Origin: an uncultured Clostridia bacterium
GTDB taxonomy: Bacteria > Bacillota > Clostridia > TANB77 > CAG-508
Assembly (NCBI GenBank): GCA_934169775.1
Contig: CAKPOI010000004.1
Coordinates: 13,853 to 77,852 of the forward strand
DNA length: 64,000 nt
Direction of reading: 5' to 3'
Both the position numbers and the translations under genes were made by a program. Positions 46,492 to 57,190 of this stretch are shown here, one piece after another; the first letter of the stretch is position 1; each line of letters starts with the position of its first letter. Under the pieces are notes generated by a model, which saw nothing but the letters and a program-made list of their open reading frames with translations, did no database searches and was not told the DNA's origin.

Positions 46492-47493
46492 TTAATTTAT
46501 TCTACTAGTTTTTTTACTATATATATACCATGACATTTTAAAGATGTTTAATCCGAAAAAAGATAATATAATAGCTATTTTGTCTCTTTTGGGAGTATCT
46601 TTGTATCTTAGGACTTCTTTTCTTTTTTCTTTTATTTTTTTAAATATTTCTTTTTCCATTTTTTTATCTCTTGGATTTGTGAATAATAATAGTCTTAATA
46701 TTCTAAAATTTGCATATAAATCATATCTATTTATTGCTTGTTTTAAGTCTGGATATTCATTTTTTAAATATCTTAACATTTCTTCTGTATTTTTTATATA
46801 GTCTAATTCGTTTTTATTAAACCCTTTTATTTTTGATATTGAATTTAGTCTTGTACAATAAAAATAGCATTTTTTGTTTCCTGTTGCTATTTTGTCACAT
46901 TTTTCAATTAGTTTGTATGTTGTTGCTGTATCTTCATATACTACTCCTTTTGGATATCTTATATTGCTAAATAGTTCTGTTTCATATAATTTAAAACATG
47001 CTGATACATCACTTTTTTGTGCAAATAATATTTTGTAAAATAATTCTTTTTTAGTTAGTACTTCTATATTTTCAGTATATTCTGTAATGCTGGCTTCTTT
47101 TTCTGTGTTTACTCTTTGTGTTTCACAGGTTGACATTTTTGTGTTGTATTTTTTTATCAATTTGTACATATATTCTACATAATCATTAGTTACATAATCA
47201 TCTGAGTCTATAAATGTTATATATTTTCCTTTTGCTATATCTATCCCTGCATTTCTTGCATCTGATAACCCCCCGTTTTCTTTATGTAGCACTTTTATTC
47301 TGTTGTCTTTTTCTGCATATTGCTCACAAATTTGTGGGCAGTTGTCTGGTGAACCGTCATTTACCAATATGATTTCTAAATTTTGATATGTTTGATTAAG
47401 TACACTGTTTATGCATTTTTTCAAGTATTTTTCTACTTTATATATTGGTATTACTATTGTTATTAGGTCTTCTTCTTTATTATCCTCTTCCAT
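46492..47493 (-). CDS. family 2 glycosyltransferase
   Basis: ITIVIPIYKVEKYLKKCINSVLNQTY..ILVNDGSPD..FIDSDD. Confidence 0.88.
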   Translation of the reverse strand: MEEDNKEEDLITIVIPIYKVEKYLKKCINSVLNQTYQNLEIILVNDGSPDNCPQICEQYAEKDNRIKVLHKENGGLSDARNAGIDIAKGKYITFIDSDDYVTNDYVEYMYKLIKKYNTKMSTCETQRVNTEKEASITEYTENIEVLTKKELFYKILFAQKSDVSACFKLYETELFSNIRYPKGVVYEDTATTYKLIEKCDKIATGNKKCYFYCTRLNSISKIKGFNKNELDYIKNTEEMLRYLKNEYPDLKQAINRYDLYANFRILRLLLFTNPRDKKMEKEIFKKIKEKRKEVLRYKDTPKRDKIAIILSFFGLNIFKMSWYIYSKKTSRIN

Positions 47494-47644
47494 TTTCTGT
47501 TTTTCCTTTCCATAATGCCTTATGTTTAAATTTTTGATTTTTTATGCTTAGACTCTTGATTAGAGTGGATATATCCTATTAGCTAAAATTCTTTTGCAAT
47601 TATATTATTATCTTGCTTGGAAATGTTTTATATATATTAATGCT

Positions 47645-48436
47645 CTAAAAGCTTTTTTCGTATTTTTTTCCTGCAAATTTTGCCATTAAAAATGAACTTC
47701 CTTTTTTTACCCAGTCTATTTTTTGCATGTCCATTACTTTTGCTTCTTCATATTTTAATTGATTTTTGTTTATCCATACATCTAATAGTAATTCTGATAT
47801 TCTTCCATAAAATCTTGCGTGAAAGCTGTCATATTGGCTTGCATCTATTCTTTTTTCTAATTCAAATAAAATGTCGAATAGCCATGCACAGTATTCTTCT
47901 AGTATTTCTTTTTTCATTATGAACATGTTGAACATATGTGCAGATGTTCTTTTGTGTAATTTGTCAAATTCTTGTAAATATTCTGGATATTTTTCTTCTA
48001 TTATTTTTCTTGTTTCGTTTAGTGGTTCTACATACATTGTATGTTCATAATGTGAATATAAATTTTCTATATAATAGTTTCTTTTTTGTGGTAATATTAT
48101 ATCTGCTTTTTTTAGTTTTTCTTCTACTTGTTCTTCTGTTAATACTATTTTGAATTTTTCTGCTTCTTCTTTTGGCATTTTTTTTGATGCTGTAAAATAT
48201 CTTCTATAGTGTACTAATCCTATATATTTTGCATCTAAATTTTTCCATGCCCAATATAATCCTGTTAATTCACAATAATTTGGATTTTTTGTTGATATGT
48301 TTTCTCCAGTATTGTCTGGTGTGTATCCTTCTATTTTTTCTTTTCCTTCTGCTCCTACCTGTACTGGCATATATATCTTTTCTTCTGGTTTTTGATATCT
48401 TTTGTGTGATGCTATAATTATCTTTATTTTATCCAA
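47645..48436 (-). CDS. DUF4422-domain protein (putative glycosyltransferase, frequently linked to glf)
   Basis: IIIASHKRYQKPEEKIYMPVQVGA..NPNYCELTGLYWAWKN..IGLVHYRRYF is the DUF4422 pattern. Confidence 0.78.
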   Translation of the reverse strand: MDKIKIIIASHKRYQKPEEKIYMPVQVGAEGKEKIEGYTPDNTGENISTKNPNYCELTGLYWAWKNLDAKYIGLVHYRRYFTASKKMPKEEAEKFKIVLTEEQVEEKLKKADIILPQKRNYYIENLYSHYEHTMYVEPLNETRKIIEEKYPEYLQEFDKLHKRTSAHMFNMFIMKKEILEEYCAWLFDILFELEKRIDASQYDSFHARFYGRISELLLDVWINKNQLKYEEAKVMDMQKIDWVKKGSSFLMAKFAGKKYEKSF

Positions 48437-48505
48437 TTTTTTCTCTCCATTTTTTCTTTTTATTTTTGTTTTTTCTACCTAATTTTATATCATATATCAT
48501 GAAAA

Positions 48506-48542
48506 AAAGCAATACAAAAAAACTAATTTAATGTATTGCTTT
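48506..48542 (-). terminator. intrinsic terminator after glf, splitting the glycan locus into two transcription units
   Basis: aaagcaataca..loop..tgtattgcttt. On the minus strand it is followed by a U run (A run 48502-48508 on +). Confidence 0.65.
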
Positions 48543-48625
48543 TAGCTTTTATTATTATATATTTTTATATTGCTATATTTTTTATTTGAACTTTTTTTAA
48601 TAATATTTGTAGGTCTTCTTCATCT

Positions 48626-49750
48626 TTATAATACTTTTTTACATAAGTCTAATGCTTCTTCTATAACTTTGTCCATGTCATAATATTTATATTGACCTAA
48701 TCTTCCTCCAAATATAACTTTGGTGTCATTATCAGCTAATTTTTTGTATTTTTCATATAATTGGTTATTTCTTTCATTGTTTATTGGATAATATGGTTCT
48801 TTTTCTTTATTCCATGTATCTGGGTATTCTTTTGTAATTATTGTTTTTTCTAATGCTTTTCCTTCTGGCATTTTTCCTAGACTTGCACCATATTCAAAGT
48901 GTTTATGTTCTATTATTCTTGTATATGGTACTTCATATTCTGTATAATTTACTACTGCATTTCCTTGATAGTTTTCTTCGTCTAGTTCTTCTGTTTCAAA
49001 TCTTAAACTTCTATATTCTAATTCTCCAAATTGATAGTCATAATATTTGTCTATTTGTCCTGTAAATATTATTTTTTCTGCTATATTTTCTAGTTCTTTT
49101 CTATTTTCAAAGAAATCACAGTTTAGTTTTACTTCTATCCCTTCTAGCATTTTTTCTATTATTTTTGTATATCCACCTACTGGTATTCCTTGATATAGAT
49201 TGTTGAAGTAATTGTTGTCATATATAAATCTTACTGGTAGTCTTTTGATTATGAAGCTTGGTAATTCTGTTGCTTTTTGTCCCCATTGCTTTTCTGTGTA
49301 TCCTTTTACTAGTTTTTCGTATATTGTTTTTCCTACTAAACTTATTGCTTGTTCTTCTAGGTTTTTTGGTTCTTTTATTCCCGCTTCTCTTTTTTCTTGT
49401 TCTATTTTTTCTTTTGCTTCTTTTGGTGTTACTACTCCCCATAGTTTGTTGAATGTGTTCATGTTAAATGGCATGTTGTATAGCTCGTCCTTATATCTTG
49501 CTACTGGTGAGTTTGTGTATCTATTGAATTCTGCAAATTGTTTTATATATTCCCATACTTCTTTGTTACTTGTGTGGAATATGTGTGCTCCGTATTTGTG
49601 TACATTTATTCCGTCTTTGCTTTCTGTGTAGATGTTTCCTCCTACATGTTTTCTTCTGTCTATTACTAATACTTTTTTTCCTTTTTTGTTTGCTTCATAT
49701 GCGAATATTGCTCCGAATAAACCTGAGCCTACTACTAAATAGTCGTACAT
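48626..49750 (-). CDS. glf: UDP-galactopyranose mutase
   Basis: MYDYLVVGSGLFGAIFAYEANKKGKKVLVIDRRKHVGGN FAD fold and conserved C-terminal GRLGQYKYYDMD. Confidence 0.93.
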   Translation of the reverse strand: MYDYLVVGSGLFGAIFAYEANKKGKKVLVIDRRKHVGGNIYTESKDGINVHKYGAHIFHTSNKEVWEYIKQFAEFNRYTNSPVARYKDELYNMPFNMNTFNKLWGVVTPKEAKEKIEQEKREAGIKEPKNLEEQAISLVGKTIYEKLVKGYTEKQWGQKATELPSFIIKRLPVRFIYDNNYFNNLYQGIPVGGYTKIIEKMLEGIEVKLNCDFFENRKELENIAEKIIFTGQIDKYYDYQFGELEYRSLRFETEELDEENYQGNAVVNYTEYEVPYTRIIEHKHFEYGASLGKMPEGKALEKTIITKEYPDTWNKEKEPYYPINNERNNQLYEKYKKLADNDTKVIFGGRLGQYKYYDMDKVIEEALDLCKKVL

Positions 49751-49772
49751 TTTTTCGTTCCTCTTTTCCTCT

Positions 49773-51068
49773 TTATCTTCCTATTGAATAATATTCTATT
49801 CCTGTATTTTTCATTTCCTCTAAATTATAAATATTTCTTCCATCATAAACTAATGGTGTTTTCATTAATTTTTTATATTCATTTGGATTTATACATTTAA
49901 TTTCATTCCATTCTGTAAATATAAAACATACATTGGCTCCTTCTAAAGCTTCCTTTGGTTCTTTTACATATGTTATTGGAGCATTTGGAAATTTCTTTTT
50001 AAAGTTTTCTTCTGCCACTGGATCATATGCATATATATTTGCTCCATTTTCTAGAAGTAGTTTTATGTTTTCTATGGATGGGGCTTCTCTTAAATCATCT
50101 GTTCCTGCTTTAAATGCCAGTCCTAACACTGCTACTTTTAATTTATTGAATGTTATTAATCTATCACTTGCTTTTTTGTACAACTTTATTCTTTGGTCTT
50201 GATTTACATCTACTGCTGCTCCTACTGTTCTTAAATCATAATTATTTTGTTTTGCTAAATATCTTAATGCTTTTGTATCTTTTGGAAAACAGCTTCCTCC
50301 ATATCCAATACCTGCATGTAGGAAATTTGCACCTATTCTATCATCATAACTCATTCCTTTTGCTACATCTTCTATATCTGCACCTACTAATTCACATAAG
50401 TTAGCTATATCATTCATATATGATATTTTTAATGCTAGAAAATCATTTGATGCATATTTTATCATTTCTGCACTTCTTCTGCTTACAGATACTATTGGTA
50501 GCTCAAATGGCTCATATATTTTCTTTAAAACTGCTTCTGCTTCTTTGCTTTCTGTTCCTATTACTATTCTTTTTGCATGTAATGTATCTCTAACTGCATT
50601 TCCTTGTGCTAAAAATTCTGGGTTGCTTGCTACTTCTACTTTTACATCATTTACTAGAAAATCTTTTATGAATTGTTCTACTTTATCATTTGTTCCTATG
50701 GGTACAGTTGATTTTACAACTACTAAGCAGTCTTTTTCTATACTTTCTGCTATTTGTCTTGATACTGTTGCTATAAAATTCAAATTAGCTGAGCCATCTG
50801 GCATTTCTGGTGTTCCTACTCCTATAAATATTGCATCAGCATCTTTATAAGCTGATTTATAGTCTGTTGTGTAATGTAATCTTCCACTTTTATTGTTCTT
50901 TTGCATTAGCTCTTCTAGCCCAGTTTCATAAATTGGTGATATTCCTCTTCTCATAATTTTTACTTTTTCTTCGTCAATGTCTACACATGTTACATCATGT
51001 CCTTTTTCTGCAAAGCATACTCCTGCTACTAAACCCACATAACCTGTTCCTGCAACAGCTAATTTCAT
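49773..51068 (-). CDS. ugd: UDP-glucose 6-dehydrogenase
   Basis: MKLAVAGTGYVGLV NAD fold and catalytic GGSCFPKD. Confidence 0.93.
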   Translation of the reverse strand: MKLAVAGTGYVGLVAGVCFAEKGHDVTCVDIDEEKVKIMRRGISPIYETGLEELMQKNNKSGRLHYTTDYKSAYKDADAIFIGVGTPEMPDGSANLNFIATVSRQIAESIEKDCLVVVKSTVPIGTNDKVEQFIKDFLVNDVKVEVASNPEFLAQGNAVRDTLHAKRIVIGTESKEAEAVLKKIYEPFELPIVSVSRRSAEMIKYASNDFLALKISYMNDIANLCELVGADIEDVAKGMSYDDRIGANFLHAGIGYGGSCFPKDTKALRYLAKQNNYDLRTVGAAVDVNQDQRIKLYKKASDRLITFNKLKVAVLGLAFKAGTDDLREAPSIENIKLLLENGANIYAYDPVAEENFKKKFPNAPITYVKEPKEALEGANVCFIFTEWNEIKCINPNEYKKLMKTPLVYDGRNIYNLEEMKNTGIEYYSIGR

Positions 51069-51112
51069 TTTAATTCCTTCTTTCTTTTAGTTTACTAATT
51101 TATAATGTTAAT

Positions 51113-52141
51113 TTATATTTTGTAAAAATCTTTATACCATTCTGCAAATTTTCTTAATCCTTCTCTTAGTGGTGTGTTTGGTTTAAATCCAAAATCTTTC
51201 TCTAATGGTGTTGTATCTGCATATGTTATTGGCACATCTCCTGGTTGCATTGCCACTAATTCTTTATGTGCTTCAAAATCATAATCTTCTGGTAATACTT
51301 TAGCTCTAATTAGTTCTTCTTGTAATATATTTACAAATTCTAGTAAATTTTCTGGATTGCTGTTTCCTATATTATATATTTTGTATGGTGGTATTGGTAA
51401 GCCATCTTCTCCATTTTTCTTTTCTGGTGCTTTTTGCATTACTCTCCATACACCTTCTACTATATCATCAATATATGTGAAGTCTCTTTTGCAATTTCCA
51501 TAATTGAATATTTTTATTGTTTCACCTGCTAATAATTTATTGGTAAATCCAAAATATGCCATATCTGGTCTTCCTGCTGGTCCATATACTGTAAAGAATC
51601 TTAATCCTGTTGATGGTATGTTATATAATTTTGAATAACTATGTGCTAATAATTCATTTGATTTTTTTGTTGCTGCATATAATGATACCGGATTGTCCAC
51701 TTTATCATCTGTTGAATATGGTACTTTTTTGTTTGATCCATAGACCGATGAACTTGATGCATATACTAAATGTTTTACTGGATAGTGTCTGCAACATTCT
51801 AATATATTATAAAATCCTATTATGTTTGATTCTATATATACATCTGGATTTGTTATACTATATCTTACTCCAGCTTGTGCTGCTAAATTCACTACTATTT
51901 CTGGTTCATATTCTTTAAATATGTTTTCTAATGTTTTCTTATCTGCTATATTGCCCTTTATAAATACAAAATTTTTATTTTGTTCTAATTCTTTTAATCT
52001 TGCTTCTTTTATTTTTATGTCATAATATTCATTCAAATTGTCTATTCCTACTATTTGTATTTCACTATTTTCTTTTAATACCTTTTTGGCTAGATTTGAA
52101 CCTATAAATCCTGCTACTCCTGTTATTAAATATGTTTTCAT
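51113..52141 (-). CDS. NAD-dependent epimerase, UDP-glucuronate 4-epimerase-like
   Basis: ITGVAGFIGSNL, YASSSSVYG, YAATKK (YxxxK) and TGLRFFTVYGPAGRPDMA. It lies adjacent to ugd. Confidence 0.85.
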   Translation of the reverse strand: MKTYLITGVAGFIGSNLAKKVLKENSEIQIVGIDNLNEYYDIKIKEARLKELEQNKNFVFIKGNIADKKTLENIFKEYEPEIVVNLAAQAGVRYSITNPDVYIESNIIGFYNILECCRHYPVKHLVYASSSSVYGSNKKVPYSTDDKVDNPVSLYAATKKSNELLAHSYSKLYNIPSTGLRFFTVYGPAGRPDMAYFGFTNKLLAGETIKIFNYGNCKRDFTYIDDIVEGVWRVMQKAPEKKNGEDGLPIPPYKIYNIGNSNPENLLEFVNILQEELIRAKVLPEDYDFEAHKELVAMQPGDVPITYADTTPLEKDFGFKPNTPLREGLRKFAEWYKDFYKI

Positions 52142-53577
52142 TCAGTTTGCTCTCCTTTTAATTTTTTTAAAATTTGTTTAATATATTTTAATCCTTGTGT
52201 TATACAATACTTAAATGTATCATTTAATAATATTAAAGTCAATAATAATGCAATTACTATATAAACAATAAATCCTATAACAGCATTTTTTATAATTATT
52301 CCACATAATAAAAATGTTATTAAAATTAGTATAATATAAATATACTCTTTTAAAGCAAGTCTATACTGTTTAAAATCCGTTTCACCTATAATAATCCATA
52401 CTATATTAGTTACTAATGTTGCCAAAGCTATAGCCTCTATTGATTTGTTTATGTTATAAAAAGTGACATTTAGTATTACTGATAATACTACTACACTTAC
52501 CATTATTAAAAAATATTTATTTTGCCTTTTGTATGCTTTATATAAATTAATTTGTATACATCTTATTATTATTGATACATATTGTGCCGCAAATAAAAGT
52601 ATCATTACAGTTATTGCATCATTGTACTTTTCTATCCATAAATTTATAGCAAATTTTGCACCAAATACAACACTAACTATAAAAGCTGAAAAAATTAAAA
52701 TAATTTTCTTTATTGGTATAACTTTTTCTACTTCTTTATTATTACATAAATAATTGTACATAACTGTACTTATAGGTGTTACAAACACATTCATTAAATT
52801 TTCTATACTTACAGCAAATGAATAAAAAGCAAATTTCACTGTACCTAATAAATTTTGTACAAACAATCTATCTATACTTGTAAATATTACATTACAGAAA
52901 TTTCCTATCATTAAGAAAAAGCCTGATTTAACATCTTCTATTAAATATTTTTTATTGGACTTTACTTTCTCTTTTTTAAATAGCTTTCTATTTTCTATTT
53001 CTATTATTACCCAATAAATAAAATATGCTACTATATATGCTATTATATAAGTATAATAATTATCTGTTTTTATTAATAATAGTAATATTAAATTTATAAC
53101 AAATATCAACAATGTATTTATATTTGTAAAAGTTGAATATTTTTTAAATTCACCTACTGCCTGGTATAAATTTCGTAAATAATTTCCAACATTTATTGGT
53201 AAAATTACTATTGAACAAAAAAATAGCATTTCATTTTTCAAAGAAATTGATATTATTATAGCTATAATAGTAATTGCAAATTGAAAAATTTTAAATGTCC
53301 TAAATTCACCCAGTATTTCTTTACTATCTACGCTTTTAATATTCTTTCCACCATATTTTAAATACATTCCATCTGCAAATCCAAAATGCAAAATTCCTAT
53401 ATATGTAATATATAATTGAAATAACTTTATGTTTGCATAACTTTCTACAGATAGTAGTTTTGGCAAAACAAATCCTGTGAATAAACTAATTATTAAGTTG
53501 ATTATATTTGCTATAAATACATTTAACATTCCTTTTTTTAAACTCATTTGCCTTATACTCCAAACCTTTTTAGCCAT
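52138..53577 (-). CDS. second Wzx-type flippase (MOP superfamily)
   Basis: 479-aa 12-14-TM ORF within the glycan operon. It has a 4-nt overlap with the epimerase gene. Confidence 0.78.
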   Translation of the reverse strand: MAKKVWSIRQMSLKKGMLNVFIANIINLIISLFTGFVLPKLLSVESYANIKLFQLYITYIGILHFGFADGMYLKYGGKNIKSVDSKEILGEFRTFKIFQFAITIIAIIISISLKNEMLFFCSIVILPINVGNYLRNLYQAVGEFKKYSTFTNINTLLIFVINLILLLLIKTDNYYTYIIAYIVAYFIYWVIIEIENRKLFKKEKVKSNKKYLIEDVKSGFFLMIGNFCNVIFTSIDRLFVQNLLGTVKFAFYSFAVSIENLMNVFVTPISTVMYNYLCNNKEVEKVIPIKKIILIFSAFIVSVVFGAKFAINLWIEKYNDAITVMILLFAAQYVSIIIRCIQINLYKAYKRQNKYFLIMVSVVVLSVILNVTFYNINKSIEAIALATLVTNIVWIIIGETDFKQYRLALKEYIYIILILITFLLCGIIIKNAVIGFIVYIVIALLLTLILLNDTFKYCITQGLKYIKQILKKLKGEQTE

Positions 53578-54398
53578 TGTTCGAAATCATAATAATTTAT
53601 TATATCTTGATTTACTTTTCGATATGGCTTGTTTATAAATTCTTTTATCTCATTTATATTATCTTCTCCTAATATAAAAATATTATCATGATTATAAAAA
53701 TCATAATTCTTTATATCAGTATTATTTGTTATTAATTTTCTTTCTAAAAACAATGCTTCCATAGGTCTTAATGAAAGTCCTACTTGTCCTTCTTGATTAT
53801 AGTCTAATATACATTTGGATTCTGCAATCATTTTTAAATACTCATCATAAGAAACATAATCTTTTTCATTTTCTATAATTTTAAAGTTTGTTTGTATTCC
53901 TTCTTCTTTTAATTTTTTTTCTAAATCTACAATATCTTTTTTTCTTGTTTTTGGTCTTCCCAAAAATAAGACATCATATTTATTTTGTTCATTTTGAATT
54001 TTAACATTTTTTGTATAGAATTGTGGATTATATTTCATATTATATTTTTTTGCATCATTTTTATCAAAAGTCCAAAATTCATCTATATTTTTGTCATTTA
54101 AAATGTATTTATTATTATCATCAATGTAATTCCAAAAGTATACAATTACTTTGCCTTTTTTTTGCTTTCTTTTTATTTTTTTAGCTATCCTGTCACTGTA
54201 TAAACTCTCAAATATTATAAATTTATCATACTTATTTATTTCATATTTCCATTTACCTAATATAAAAATTTTAACTTTTTTTAACATTTTAAATAAAACT
54301 TTATCTGTATTTAAAAAATACATTTCCTTTATATTATATTTTTTTGGTATCTTATTAAAAAAATATATATCATTTTTATTTTTCAATATAATATACAT
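53553..54398 (-). CDS. hypothetical glycan-locus protein, possibly a glycosyl/phospho-transferase
   Basis: 281-aa soluble ORF. The C-terminal half (YDVLFLGRPKTRKKDIVDLEKKL..LDYNQEGQVGLSLRPMEALFLERKLITNN) looks like a Rossmann-type sugar-transferase half-domain. The family is not confidently recognised. Confidence 0.55.
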   Translation of the reverse strand: MYIILKNKNDIYFFNKIPKKYNIKEMYFLNTDKVLFKMLKKVKIFILGKWKYEINKYDKFIIFESLYSDRIAKKIKRKQKKGKVIVYFWNYIDDNNKYILNDKNIDEFWTFDKNDAKKYNMKYNPQFYTKNVKIQNEQNKYDVLFLGRPKTRKKDIVDLEKKLKEEGIQTNFKIIENEKDYVSYDEYLKMIAESKCILDYNQEGQVGLSLRPMEALFLERKLITNNTDIKNYDFYNHDNIFILGEDNINEIKEFINKPYRKVNQDIINYYDFEQWLKRFGV

Positions 54399-54890
54399 CT
54401 AATTAAAATCCTTTCGTAATAAATACTTTCTTTTTTCATAATAATTCATGTTTTTAGTAAAATCACATTTATTTTTCTTTTTTTCATAATATTCTTGAAT
54501 TGTCTCTATTTTTTTTGCTGGTATACCTGCAACTACTGTATTGGGTTCAACATCTTTTGTCACTACTGCTCCAAATCCTACAATACTATTTTTTCCTATT
54601 GTTACACCTGGCATTATTGTAGCATTCATTCCAATATTAACATTTTCTTTTATTATTATCTTTCCAAAATAATCCGCATTTTCTAGTAATCCCATTTTTC
54701 TTAGAGTCCATAATCCACCATCATGAGTTATGAAATTCACATTTGAAGATATCCTAACATTATTTTCAATTTCTATTAAATATGGTTCACTACCAAAATT
54801 CACATTTTTTCCTATTTCTATTCCATTTCCTAGTTGTACACCTTTTTTTTTCAATATATACTTTTTAATTTTTTGTTTTATACCAAACAT
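54399..54890 (-). CDS. hexapeptide-repeat (LbH) sugar O-acetyltransferase
   Basis: Left-handed beta-helix repeats (IGKNVNFG, VNIGMNATIMPGVTIGKNSIVGFGAVV). Confidence 0.85.
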   Translation of the reverse strand: MFGIKQKIKKYILKKKGVQLGNGIEIGKNVNFGSEPYLIEIENNVRISSNVNFITHDGGLWTLRKMGLLENADYFGKIIIKENVNIGMNATIMPGVTIGKNSIVGFGAVVTKDVEPNTVVAGIPAKKIETIQEYYEKKKNKCDFTKNMNYYEKRKYLLRKDFN

Positions 54891-54910
54891 ATTTCCTCCA
54901 CATTATTATT

Positions 54911-55810
54911 TTAATGTATATTAATTCTAAATTTAGGATTTTTATACAGATTATTTCCTAAAACTCCTATATCATCTATTCTAAAATTATTTTTCCATAC
55001 AACATATTGTAAAGAAATTTGATCTCTTAAACTTTTTGTTGAAATAAATTCCTTCCACCAATCATCTAAAATTTTCTTGGCCACTGGATTTTTTAAATCT
55101 GTAACTATTATAGTTGCCTCAAGCATACCAAATTTTTTTGGAAAACCTTGTTGTAAATATCTTTCAACCTGTTTCTTCATTTCAGAATAATTGCCTTTTT
55201 TCTTAACTTTACACACTTCTATTTCATCACATATACAATCTCTAAATTGATGTTTATGCATTGCTATTCCAGTTTTATCATTAATAGAATATGTCAATTC
55301 TGTTAAATCAGACATAACTTTGACATTACCATCAATATATATACTATAATCATAATCTTTAAAAAGTTCACCTGGATGCATTTTTAAATATCTATTCTTC
55401 AAAATATTGTTATAATTATTTCTTACATTTTCAGGAATTCCCTTTATGTTCCAATATTTGCTCTTTTGATTTGTACTATCTGTAAATAAATAAAAATCTA
55501 TATTGTCAACATTAATAAAAGGTTCTAATATTTCTTTATCATAATTTCCAGTAATACATGTATATACCGCAATTTTTGGTTTTGTTTGTTTTTCTTTTAC
55601 CTTAAAATTATTTTCTTTTTCAATATTTGAAAACTTTAATATTTTTTTATTTTCCAATATCTTTTTTATTAATTTATATATTTGCATTTTTTTTAGCATA
55701 TTTTTTACTTGTAAAATTTTTTTTCCTGTTGCATATTCTTTGCTTTTTTTTAATTGTATATTTTCTAAATTTAGTTCTTCTATTTTCTTTTGGTATTCTT
55801 TTTCATTCAT
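54911..55810 (-). CDS. DUF616-domain glycosyltransferase-like protein with N-terminal coiled coil
   Basis: IAVYTCITGNYDKEILEPF..FYLFTD..KNRYLKMHP.. matches the DUF616 (TOD1/MUCI70-like) pattern. Confidence 0.72.
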   Translation of the reverse strand: MNEKEYQKKIEELNLENIQLKKSKEYATGKKILQVKNMLKKMQIYKLIKKILENKKILKFSNIEKENNFKVKEKQTKPKIAVYTCITGNYDKEILEPFINVDNIDFYLFTDSTNQKSKYWNIKGIPENVRNNYNNILKNRYLKMHPGELFKDYDYSIYIDGNVKVMSDLTELTYSINDKTGIAMHKHQFRDCICDEIEVCKVKKKGNYSEMKKQVERYLQQGFPKKFGMLEATIIVTDLKNPVAKKILDDWWKEFISTKSLRDQISLQYVVWKNNFRIDDIGVLGNNLYKNPKFRINIH

Positions 55811-55812
55811 TA

Positions 55813-57189
55813 TTAAATTCCTTTCTTTAAAGAATTAAATTGCTCTGTTTCAGTTTGTGTTGCAGCATTAAGAAGTTTTACCTTTCTTCCTATTCTCAAA
55901 TTAAATAAAAACCATGTTAAGAAAATTATGCTAACTATATATACTATTGTATCTATTCTAATTAAAGATGAGAAAATCTTTTCACTTCTAAATTGATCTA
56001 TTACATTTAAAGCAATTAATCCATAAAATATTAAAAATTTATAATTTCCATTTCTAGCTTTTAAATATAAATATGAGAAAACTATACCAAATAATATTTG
56101 GAATACTATTACTCCCATTATTCCAAAGTCTTCGAGATATGTTTTTATTCCTGTAAAAACATTACTTTTTAATCCATTTCCAAAATCCACCCATTCACCT
56201 TGATATATATTATAATAATCAATTATATGAAATTTGTATAATATTTGTTGGATACCTATAAAAGTATTTTCTCCAAAATGTTTTTGTTCCACTTTTTGTT
56301 GATTAGTATTTTCTATATATTCATTAAAACATGGTAATGGTGATCCTAAGTAAAATGTAATATAATTTGCAAAATTATTTTTTGTACTTTGCCCTATTAT
56401 ACTTAATAAATTGTAAAATAATGGTAGTATTGCTGAAAGTAACAGGATTCCTATTAATAAAAACTTTATTAAATTTATTTTTTTCTTTTTTTCATAAATT
56501 ATTATAGAAAAAATTATACCTGCTACTATAAATCTCATTATTGCAGATCTTCCACCTAAAAGCATAGATAAAATGCACGAAGCAATTATTGGAATAATAA
56601 ATCTAAAATTGTATTTTAGTTTTTTATTAAAGCACATATTATTTATATATATGTATAAAAAAATAATTCCTATTACTGTAGAAACTCTATACATTTGAAT
56701 ATATAGAAATTTTATATTGGCTGTATCTTCACTATCATTATACATTGCTGAATTTACTTTATATGCATTAATGACTTTACTAAATCCTGTTGTGTGTGTT
56801 ATTTTACACATGTTTGCATATATTAAAATAAATGCTAATGCTATAAATAATGTACATATTAATATTTTTATATTGCTAACTTTTATTATTTCAATACTAT
56901 TAATATTTTTTTCTTTACTTTTTCGTTTTGTTTTTCTTTGTATAAGTCTTACTACAAATTCTCCTATTGCTATGCATACTATTGATATTATTACATAAAT
57001 AGCTGTATTTTTATCCAATTCAACATAATTCCACGAGTCTTCTAATTTATATGATATATATGCAGCTAATGTAGACAAAGCATATACTGATGATGATATA
57101 AATGTTATTGATAAAACATCTCTTTCAAATAAAAAATAGCTTATAATAGCTATTACTATTAGTACACAAAATAAAACTATATACCACAT
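55813..57189 (-). CDS. Wzy-type oligosaccharide repeat-unit polymerase
   Basis: 458-aa polytopic membrane ORF with a large loop, in the position expected for wzy. Confidence 0.7.
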   Translation of the reverse strand: MWYIVLFCVLIVIAIISYFLFERDVLSITFISSSVYALSTLAAYISYKLEDSWNYVELDKNTAIYVIISIVCIAIGEFVVRLIQRKTKRKSKEKNINSIEIIKVSNIKILICTLFIALAFILIYANMCKITHTTGFSKVINAYKVNSAMYNDSEDTANIKFLYIQMYRVSTVIGIIFLYIYINNMCFNKKLKYNFRFIIPIIASCILSMLLGGRSAIMRFIVAGIIFSIIIYEKKKKINLIKFLLIGILLLSAILPLFYNLLSIIGQSTKNNFANYITFYLGSPLPCFNEYIENTNQQKVEQKHFGENTFIGIQQILYKFHIIDYYNIYQGEWVDFGNGLKSNVFTGIKTYLEDFGIMGVIVFQILFGIVFSYLYLKARNGNYKFLIFYGLIALNVIDQFRSEKIFSSLIRIDTIVYIVSIIFLTWFLFNLRIGRKVKLLNAATQTETEQFNSLKKGI

Positions 57190-57190
57190 T